NCBI GenBank assembly: GCA_043228905.1
Contig: JBHGNT010000020.1
Coordinates: 11,346,001 to 11,410,000, forward strand
DNA from: Azolla caroliniana
Lineage: Eukaryota; Plantae; Polypodiophyta
Length of the DNA stretch: 64,000 nucleotides
Direction: 5' to 3'
How positions within the stretch are numbered: position 1 is the stretch's first letter; each line of letters opens with the position of its first letter. The position numbers and the translations under genes were made by a program. Shown here piece after piece: positions 54,795 through 64,000 of this stretch. The notes under the pieces were generated by a model, which was given only the letters and a program-made list of their open reading frames with translations, was not told the origin of the DNA and made no database searches.

Positions 54795-56181
54795 TGTTAG
54801 GAAACAGGTCCCTCCGGATGGGAAGTCAGAAGAATAGTATTGATGAGCAAACTCGGCCGAGGCCGAAACCGGATGAGGAATACCTAGCTACGGAAGACCC
54901 GGTGAGAACTGGATGACGAGTACCCGGCTACGGAGAGACGGATGTTGCAGACCCGGTGAGAACCGGATGACGAGTACCCGGCTACGGAGAGCCAGATGGT
55001 GCAGACCCGTTGAGAACCGGATGACGAGTACCCGGCAAGTGCCGGATGATGCAGGCCCGGTGAGGAGTGCTCACCGGATGAAGAGACATATTCGTAAATA
55101 TGTTTCTGAGAGTCCATCGTGGCTATATTTGTAAATAGCCGAAAAATCATATTAGTATAAATATGACTTAGGGCAAACTTTTTGTAAGAGAGTGTGATAG
55201 TGTTGTTGTCATTCTTGTTGGTGCAAGACTTGAGAGCGCAATTGTGTATAGAGAGAGAGAGAGAGAGAGAGAAAGAGACGAAGAGTTCGTATCTCTGTTG
55301 TAACCACCGCCTATGGCAAAGATAGCAAGCTCGAGGTTGTTGCCTCGGTGCTTCACTATTGTACATTCTGATATAGTGATAGTTTGCAGTCTGTGGGCTG
55401 CCGTGGTTTTTCCCTAGTTTGGGTTTTCCACGCTAACATCCTGTGTACTCCTCTCTCCATTGTGTCGTGCTTTCATTTCCCGTTTTTTGTGTATGATTCT
55501 AAGCTCGGTTGTGGCCGAGCCTTGCGCATAGGGAGCGTGCAGTTCCTATCAAAGTGGTATCAGAGCGAAACGACATAGAAAATGGACGATTCGTTGGGAG
55601 GCATGTTCAAGCTCACCGGCTCCAACTATTCGGTGTGGAAGTCGAAGATGAGGAACATGCTCGTGGTTAAAGATCTTTGGTTGCCGGTTCAGTTCGGGGA
55701 CAAGAGACCGGACAAAATTGACGCCACGATATGGGAGGTGATGCACATGAAGACAACGGCGTACATACGGTGCATCATCGACATGAGCCTATACAACAAC
55801 TTCAATGAAGAGAGCAAGGCTCATGAGCTCTGGGAGAAGATCGGCATTATGTTTCAAAACAAAAATGTTGTTAATCAGGTTTCGGTATTCCAGAAGCTAG
55901 TTAGACTCCGGTACCAAGATGGCTCTAGCATGGCGGAGCACATGAATGCCTTCCAGGGGCTGATCCACCAGGCAACATCATTGGAAGTACCTCTCGCCGA
56001 TGAGGTACTAGCGCAACTCCTGCTCGGTTCCCTCTCGGATAGCTGGGAGACGTTGGTTGTCACTTTGGGCAACGCTGGGCCGGAAGGGAAACGGTTATCC
56101 CTAGCAAGAGTGAAGTCGAGCTTGCTAGATGAGGAGGCACGTCGGAAAGATAAGGATACGAGCTCCGACTCCAAAGCGCTT
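54795..56181 (+). mobile_element. Ty1/copia 5' LTR (54795-55551), PBS and gag, interrupted by a gypsy insertion
   Basis: TGTTAGGAA...TTCCTATCA LTR; PBS TGGTATCAGAGC at 55555; gag ORF from 55582 (KLTGSNYSVWKSKM, LLGSLSDSWETLVVTL). About three 54-bp tandem units lie in U3 (54885-55080). Confidence 0.9.
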
Positions 56182-56672
56182 TGTTGCCTCTTAGGAAACA
56201 CAGGCCGTGGTCAGTCCTTCGACCTAGACCCCAAGGTGGGTGTGGAACAACGAACATAGCTTAATCGTACTACGTAAGGAGAGAACCTCTGTGACTCCGC
56301 TGTGTGTAAGGGGAGATGGCTACAACCGACTCCTTCTCACAGGTTGCGCTTACGTACTACTACGATTACGTATCCGAGAAACAGACACTGAATTAGCCGT
56401 AACTATACACAGAAACTCAGAGAAGATAGTATTCTATTATCAGGCGTTCTTTTTTACAATTCCCAGAATTTACAGACACCTCCTTACGAGGTTTTCTGCC
56501 ATTTATATATGCAGGGTCTAATTAGCCGTTCACGCGTACCCGCGTGAACCGTTACATACGTTACGCTTTATATAGTTTCTTATTCCTACGCTTTTGGCCG
56601 TCGGTTACTATTCCGGCGGACAACACCTGGCACGCTTGTGGGACAATGCCTTTGCACGTCGGACCCATCTCG

Positions 56673-59630
56673 TTAATCTTCTTCCAAAATGCCCCGGATG
56701 TTTGGCTCAGTTGTGGTGTCCTTGGCCGGAGTTGATGTAGGGCCCGTAGGAGCATCGTGGTGCGGCTCCTCTACTTGGTCGGCCTGGTTTCTCCTGGAGT
56801 CGCCTTCGCCGTGTGTGGGTGGTTCGGGTACGGTGGGCTCTTCTGTAGTTCGTGGACTAGGCTCCACCGGTAGCGTGCTTGCTGTCGGCTGCTGCTCCGC
56901 CTCTGTTGTTACGTCCTCCGCAGTGTTGGCCGTTTTTGTGTGTCCTTGGGCGTGGGGCGGGGATTCCGCCTGGTCCGCACTATTTTCCGCGTTTTCTGAA
57001 GATGGCGTGGGCGGCGTGGGCTGGACCTTTTGTTGGTTAATCGTTTCGCTGTTTGGTCTTGTGGGGAACTCCGCTCGTTCGTCCCCGTTATTCTCCTCCG
57101 TTGTCCTCGCTGGTGATCGGTCCTGAGGTTCCTCTTCTTCGGCTGGGCCCAGAATTGGTGTGTCGCTGGGTTCCTCGTTTGTATGCGTGTTGCCAGTTTG
57201 TGTGATCTGGTGAAATAGCTCCTCCTGACTTTCACCAAAATCATCTAGGAGTTGTGCGAGTTCTTCAAAGTGTTGGTCTGCTAACGCGCGATAGTCTTGC
57301 GCTAGGTCCTCCCGTACGATCGCAATGCTCTCCTCGTTTAGCTTATAAAACCCTCGGTCGTCTTTCCGCCGGTTCTCCCAGTCCGCACGATACGCGTGCA
57401 ATTCCACTGCTTGGGTTGCCCACGCCATCCATCCTTTGTCCAGCACCGTTTTTAATTGCGTTGTGAACCTTTCCCGGTTGGTTTGGAGAAGGATGCGCAC
57501 GTTATCCGTGATGGCCTGGCAGCGGTTGCGTGCGTCTTCCATCGACTTCTGGAGATTTGCGATTTCCTGTTGTTTAACGGTTGCCGCTTCCTCATACGTG
57601 GCCTTCAAGCCCGCCCACAGCTGGGATTCCTTTTCATGCTATTTTTCTAATTTGCCCATTTCATTGTTTAGGCGGATTTCGAGTTGATGCCGTCTGTCTT
57701 GTTCGACTACCAACTGTTCATCGAACCATACCTTCTTTTTCTCTAATAAGGCCCGAAGCCCCGCTATTGCCGCCTCTGATTTCCTCGCGTCCTCTCGTAA
57801 TTGGGCGTTGTCGTATTTTGTCTGGATGTGCTGTGCCACCTCCATAGCTAGTTTCTCTTCAAGCGTTTTTACAGCTTTTCATCCGTTAGCCCGTATCTCC
57901 TTTTCTCTGTCCGAGGATTGGTGTAGCTCTACTCGAAGGCAGTCAATTTCGGATTCCGCTAGCTGCACAACCCTTTTTGCTTTTGAGGCGATGGCGGTCT
58001 GAGCCTCGATTTCTTCTTTGAGAGCGTCGATAACGTGGTTCGGTGGCGGGGTTTCGTGTTGCGCCGTAGTCGTATGAGCTTCTAACTCAGCGATGCGTGC
58101 GTTGGCCTTTTGTAGTTCGGCTTCGGTCATTTTAACCTTCTTCCAGACATTCTTATTTTTTATGGCCATCTCCTTGGCGCCCGTGTTGACCTTTGCTAGT
58201 TCCCGATGGACTTCAACTAGGGCCGTGTTTAAGGGTGGTATTTCCATCCCTACTCGTCATACCCCAGCGTTCCTCTGTCTACCGACCCTAGCCAACCGGT
58301 CCTCATCGTCGCTCTCCGTTGTTTGTGTTAGGGCGCGCTCTATCATCTGTCGTTCTGCATGCTCCTCGGCCATGCGTTGAGCGGTTTTGACCTGTTGTGC
58401 TGCCAGGAACTCCATGAGCTCGAAAGAGGTCCCGAACTACAAGAGGGCGCTGAATTCGTGGGCCGTATCCGGAATATCCGGATATGCCAAAACCTCGCTT
58501 TCCGCCGTCAATACGGCTTTCCCTCGCTGGGACTGAGTCGTAATAATCGGCCGCGGCTCCCGGATGATTTCGAAGGTGGTACTCGGCTCTGCTGTTGCGG
58601 GGCCTTCACCTGCAGTTGGTGCCTCCGGATCTGTGGGGGTGTTTTTTACCAACCCCCGTCCATCCTTTCTGTCCAATCTACGCCGTTTGGGTCTAGGGCT
58701 TTCCCCACGTGCTTCGGTGGCTGGTTCTGGGGCTGCCTCCAAGGGGTGTCTCGGTTGTTCCTCCTGTGTCGCCCGTATATCCGGTTGGTCGGTAGGAGGT
58801 GTTGTCCTTGGGTCTGGTTGGGCCAGTTGGGGTTCCTCCTCCCATGTTGGGGCCGCTAACTCCGCTAACCTGCGTTTCGCGGAGCGGGGCGGGGCCGTGG
58901 GTTGGCTGCTGGGCTGTGGTGCTGGTAGACCTCGGGGTGGAAACAGTATCGTAAGGTATTGTTGGATGATTGGTCGGAGCTTTTTGCCTGCTTGGTACGC
59001 ATGCGAGCCTTCCCGTAACGCCGGCCCTGTGATGACCCCCCAGTCGACTGTACGCCCCTCAAAGGTGTCGATAATGATGCCCGCCTTCTGTTTAGGCATC
59101 CCGTAAGCATTGACATGGACGCAGCCTACTTCCAGTACGAACTTGGCCACTTCACGGAAGAAGGGATCCGGAATCTGTTTTGTTCTATAGGCTTTGGCGG
59201 AGGATGAGTATGGGCCAAAATATCGTTGCAGCGCCTCTGTAGGAGGTATTTCGAAATGTCTTTCGCCTAGTGAAGATAGGTCTAACTTCTTCCGAATGGA
59301 AGAGTTTGTGACCGTGTCGATGTTAAGCCGCCTGGCGATGTCCATGGCGTCCGGGTGCGGAGGTGCTTCTGCGACCCGAATATAACCATCCAGGCGCTTC
59401 TCCACGAGCCATCGGCGTAGGGCAGTAGAGATGAAGATCGGCATCACCAGGGTAGGTTCGTGGGGAGGCGATGGGTAGTAGTGGTGAGTTAGCGCTCTGA
59501 GATGTGATGGGGAAGAAGGTGAGGAGGAGCGATAGGAGCGCTGATAGCTAGACTCTGTGTTTCTGCTTTGTGCAGAAAACCTTCTATTTCCTTCTTTTTG
59601 TGGCTTAGGGTTCCTTGGGCGGTGAGCCAT
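56673..59630 (-). pseudogene. Disrupted extra ORF (~980 codons) of the gypsy element, same sense as pol
   Basis: Consecutive ORFs of 397, 122, 68 and 311 aa. They contain a globular N-terminal block (..VDWGVITGPALREG), a Pro-rich linker, a long heptad coiled coil, and an acidic Pro/Thr-rich tail. Confidence 0.7.
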
Positions 59631-61522
59631 CGTGGTGCCGCGTGTTCTTGAACTAGGAGTTTGTGCATGCCTTTAGTCGTTTTAATAGTCGCTATCTTCT
59701 CTCTCTCTTTTTTTTTCTTTTTTTCTAACGGTTAGTTACCCCCTATTTTTACATTATAGTACAATTGGGCCTGTCCCTTTTACGTTGCGGGTTCTCCGGC
59801 TTTGTACCGTTCGACGGTGGATGGGTTAGGTGGTGTAGGGCCCAGGTAAGGTTTGAGCCGAAACCCATTCACTTTTTGCCGTACTATTTCTCCAGCCAGT
59901 GTTCCTAGTTGGAACGTGCCCTGTTCCGCTCCAATTATCCAGTATGGGCCGGTCCAGCAGAAACGTAGCTTACACGGCATCTGGCCCATGCGTGTTTGAA
60001 AAACTAGCACCGCTCGGCCCACGACGAACTCCTTTTCCTTTGCGTTCCGATGCCGATCGACAAATGCTTTATGCCGTCGTTGTTCTTCTTCCAACACAAC
60101 CATGTTGTGGACGCGTTTCTCCCCTAGTTCGAGGAGTTGGTAGAGCCGTTCCTCCTCTGACTTGGCTTCTGATAATCGGTTCCGTACCTGAATGCACAAA
60201 CTAGGTACCCGGAATTCGACCGGCATTACCGTTCTAGTCCAAACGCTAGCCGGAACGGTGTTGACCGTATGCTTGTTTTGTAACTAGTTCTGTACGCCCA
60301 TAACGCGCTCTGGAGTTTGGTATCCCAGTCCGTTCTATTTTCATTGATGGTTTTCTTTAAAATGGTCTGTAAAGTTTTGTTCGTGGATTCCGCTAATCCA
60401 TTCGCTTGTGGGTAGTATGGCATGCTTTTCTTGTGGACGACTGTGTAATACTGTGTTAGTTCCCGAACCACTGTATTGAGGAAGTGGCTCCCCTGGTCAC
60501 TTATGAGCTCAATCGGGCAGCCGAACCGGCACCAGATGTGCTCGTACAGAAATTTGGTTGTGACGGTCGTCGTATTTTCCCGTAGTGCCTTTGCTTCTAC
60601 CCATTTGGTACAGTAATCTGTGGCTACCAATATGTATTTGTTACCCGTACGGGCTGCTGTTGGTGTGAAGGGCCCCACAAAATCCAATCCCCACTTTTGG
60701 AAGGGGTCCAGTGGTAGCACGGGCTGGTGTGGCATCCTTGCATCCTTGCATCCTCCGGGGGCTGACCCATCCGCTGGCACAAATCACACTTTCTACAATA
60801 CTCGGATGCGTCCTTCTGTGTTGTTGGCCACCATAAGCCCGCTTGCCATACTTTGTGGGCTGTCACGTTGCCTGCGTAATGGCCGCCGGCCGTGCCGTAG
60901 TGTGCCTCCCGTAACACTGCTTCTTTTTCATCCTGATGGACTCCCCGTCGCCAAATGCCGTCACTTCCTTTGTGATATAAATACCCTTTGACCAGGCAGA
61001 AGTGACGGCTTCGGACGGCTAGTCGTTTCTTCTCGTCTGTGCGTAATTGTGGTGGAGGTAGTCCTATAGAAAAAAGTACATCATTTCCATAAGCCATCGA
61101 TCCGGAAAGGTGGATTCCGTTTTTTCTGCAATCGTCGCTACTCGCCAGATGTCGGCGTCCGGAAAATCGTCGTTGTCTTTCTATACTGTTTCTCCACTCT
61201 CAAGTCTGCTCAAAAAATCCGCCACTGCGTGTTGCGTCCTTGGATGGTGCTGAATTACGAACTCGAATTCCTGGAGCAGCAGCATCCACCGCGCCAATTT
61301 CCCTGTCAGGGCTTGTTTCTCTACCAAATACAATAATGCCGAATGATCCACGTGGGACGTGAATTTCCGTCCTAGTAAATAATGTCGGAATTTATTGATG
61401 CTATAGATCATCCCTAGCGCCTCCCGCTCTGTTGTGGAATAGTTACGCTCTGCTGCTGATAATTTACGACTTGCATAGTATACTGGCCTGTACCAGTTTG
61501 GTTCGGTGAGTTGCATTAGCGC

Positions 61523-62166
61523 TGTCGCGAAGATTCGCGCGTGCGTGTGCTACTCGAGCGACCACCGGGGTCTTGGACTGGGGAGGACGTTCGCGGAATT
61601 ATCGACGCTAGATGACGATCAATGTAAGATTAGATGAAATTGGTTTACTTGAGAAGGAGAAAAATTGTACACTTGAGAAGTAGAAAAACATGAAGAAGAT
61701 AAAGACAAATATAATTATATTGATGATAGTGGTGTTGGTGATATCACATATTGAGCCCCCCTTACACAAGCCCAACTAGAGGCTTTTATAGGTCTTTCCA
61801 TGCTCGTGACATGCACAAAACCATGGGCTAAAACCATGGTTTTGTGCACACGGTTTTGCTTATGTCATGCACAAACCATGGGTTTAAAACCATGGTTTTG
61901 TGCACATGGTTTTCTATGGTTGTTTCGTCTATAATTTGTATATGAAAAGGAAATACATAAAATCTACACTATATGATAGTTGTCCTAGTGGTAAGGCAAT
62001 TATCTTGTATCTTAGAGGTGCAAGGTTCAAACCTTGCTTGCACCCCTCTGTATGAACTCAAGTGCCACTAGGCTAGGTTTATTTGCTAAGTGCATGTGCA
62101 ATGTTGCACATCCTTGGTTTATTCGTCTCACTCGGTTTCACACCGTAGCCAAAAATCGTCACGACA
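61523..62166 (-). mobile_element. Solo-LTR-like insertion (644 bp) in the gypsy RT/RNase H region
   Basis: Ends TGTCG...CGACA with a GCGC duplication on both sides. Removing it restores the in-frame AIGSALMQLTEPNW. Confidence 0.88.
61975..62045 (+). other. tRNA-like / Pol III A-box and B-box segment inside the solo LTR
   Basis: A-box-like TAGTGGTAAGG at 61986; T-arm GCAAGG-TTCAAA-CCTTGC at 62020-62037. There is no proper acceptor or anticodon stem. Confidence 0.55.
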
Positions 62167-64000
62167 GCGCGCTTCCTATTGCTGTGTTCAAGGCGTCGAC
62201 GAACACGTGAAATGGTTTCGCCCAAACTGGAGGTTGTACTACGGGGGCCTGTGTAAGCATTATCTTAAGTGCCTCATATGCCTTATCCTCTGTTGCAGTC
62301 CATTGAAAAGGAGTCCGATGTACGGCAGCATGTAGTGGCGTGGCGAAGTCCGCCAAATACCGTATCATCCGACTATGCCACCGTATTTGGCCCAAAAACC
62401 GGCTAAGTGCTTTGGCATTTGTTGGAGTTTTAGCTTGCGTAATAGCGGTGATCTTGTTTGGGTCGACCGCTATTCCTTCCTTGCTGACTATGTGGCCCAA
62501 GAGAGCCCCGCTGGTCACGCCGAATGCACATTTCGCGGGATTCAGGCTTAAGCGTGCAGTGCGACAACGTTCCAGGCAGAGACGTAGGTGCGAGAAATGG
62601 TCTTTTGTTCGCCCATATACCGCAAAATCGTCTAAAAAGACTTGCATGAACGCCGGAATATATTCCCCAAAGATCTCTGTAATCGTTCGTTGGAATGTTG
62701 TCGGTGTTGTCTTTAGGCTGAACATCATGACGACCACCACATATACTCCCCAGTCCATGACAAATGTCGTCTTCTCCTGGTCGTCAGGGTGCATGTGCAC
62801 TTGGTTATAGCCACTGAAGCCATCTAAGAAATTGTACATCTCATGGCTTGTGACGGCGTCCAACACGCTATCAGTGAAGGGTAAGGGAAATGCGTCCATA
62901 ATGGTTACGGCGTTTAATTTTCGGTAATCCACGCATACCCGTATTTTGCCGTTTCTCTTTGGGACAACCACTATCGGGCTAAGCCATGTCGCTTGTTTTA
63001 CTGGTCATATGAACCCAGCCCTCAGCAGCTTGTCAATTTCTTCTTTCACGCGGGTTGCGTAATTGGGGTTCATGCGGTAGCGACGCTGCTGGACAGGTTT
63101 CGCGTCTGTTGCTAAATTGATCTTATGCTAATAGAACTTGGGATCTAACCCCTTCATGTCCTCATGAGCCCACGCGAACACATCTTTATATTTTGTGAGT
63201 AGTGCGATCATTGTGGTTCTCTGGTCCGGCCTCAATTCCTTTGCTATGGAGAGGAACCGGGGTTCTGATCCCGTACCCACATTCACTTCGTCGAGAGCGG
63301 AAGTGGTGATCCGTCGTGAAATCTCCATTTCCCTTTCGAAGGACGCCCGTGCTCTGCTGAGTTCCAATATGGACTCTGGCTTTGGTTCGTACGGCTCTTC
63401 GCTTGGAACAATGGCCGTAGTATATTCTGTCGTAGTTGTGATGACACCTATCTCGAACAGTGGAATAATCCGAGGATGTTCGTCAAGGTACGCTTCCAAT
63501 TCGGCATCCTCCACCCCAGCCAGCATAATGATGTCTTCCGCATATAACGGTGTTATCCCCTTAGGTTGGGGCGTGTTGCCTTCCGTAGGCACACGAACCT
63601 TGATGCGTCCCTGCCGAAAACTGATACACTCGTGTTGCCAGCTTTGCTTGATATTTGCTGTCCAAAGCCATGGTCTGCCTAGAAGCACTGGGTACGCTCC
63701 AGGCGCGTCCAAAGCGAGGACGATCGCCAATATGTCGAAGCGGTGTTTGCCCACGATGATGCCTAATTTGCGAATTAGCCCCAACGGCCGCACTGATCGG
63801 GTATCTGCCATGCGAAGCCAGAATGGACACGCCTCCCATTCGGAAATGCCTAGCTGTTCGCAAGTTTTCGTGCTAATCACATTGACGCCTGAGCTGCCGT
63901 CGATTACACATCCATGGACTTCCTGTCCGTGCAATATTACTGTAATGGCCGGGTTGTGCTGATCTACCACTGGTGGTCCCTCGCTGACGTCAGTCAGGTT

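Larger units (their letters stand above)
56182..64000 (-). mobile_element. Non-chromoviral Ty3/gypsy element (PR-RT-RH-INT, extra 3' ORF, 3' LTR 56182-56625); runs off the window
   Basis: Protease VIDGSSGVNVI; RT VCVDYRKLN, LDGFSGYNQ, FLDDF; RNase H YASRKL..AERNYSTTEREAL; integrase [31 protein letters not shown]. The LTR is bounded by TGTTG...CAACA. Confidence 0.93.

Noticed and set aside
54885-55080. CRISPR-like repeat array (also 29505-29680)
   Set aside because: The units are contiguous tandem repeats without unique spacers, in a eukaryotic context.
61975-62045. Functional tRNA gene
   Set aside because: It lacks acceptor and anticodon stems, so it is reported only as tRNA-like.
63195-63962. 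Plus-strand ORFs opposite gypsy pol and the extra ORF
   Set aside because: These are antisense shadow ORFs of GC-rich coding sequence.

Overview
This is land-plant genomic DNA. The long TE-filled introns and repeat types are fern-like, but that is an inference. Three intact-looking spliced genes were reconstructed by hand: a 5-exon GDSL esterase/lipase (minus, 3899-6905, 362 aa), a 6-exon plastid thioredoxin-like 4 / Lilium-type Trx with a CGAC site (plus, 17065-29426, 212 aa), and a convergent 10-exon plastid N-acetylglutamate synthase with one GC-AG intron (minus, 30617-43937, 645 aa). Most of the rest is transposable elements: several Ty1/copia copies, RTE-like and L1-like LINE remnants, two inverted hAT-type MITEs, and a nested stack at 44.4-64 kb ending in a non-chromoviral Ty3/gypsy element with a large extra 3' ORF. 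The most unusual signals are in retroelement cis-sequences. (1) The gypsy 3' LTR is preceded by a tRNA-Arg-3'-end-like sequence (an inverted PBS) instead of a polypurine tract. (2) Two LTRs carry an antisense tRNA-like Pol III A/B-box cassette. (3) Three related copia copies share a duplicated PPT and a 10-bp hairpin that encloses the PPT/LTR junction.
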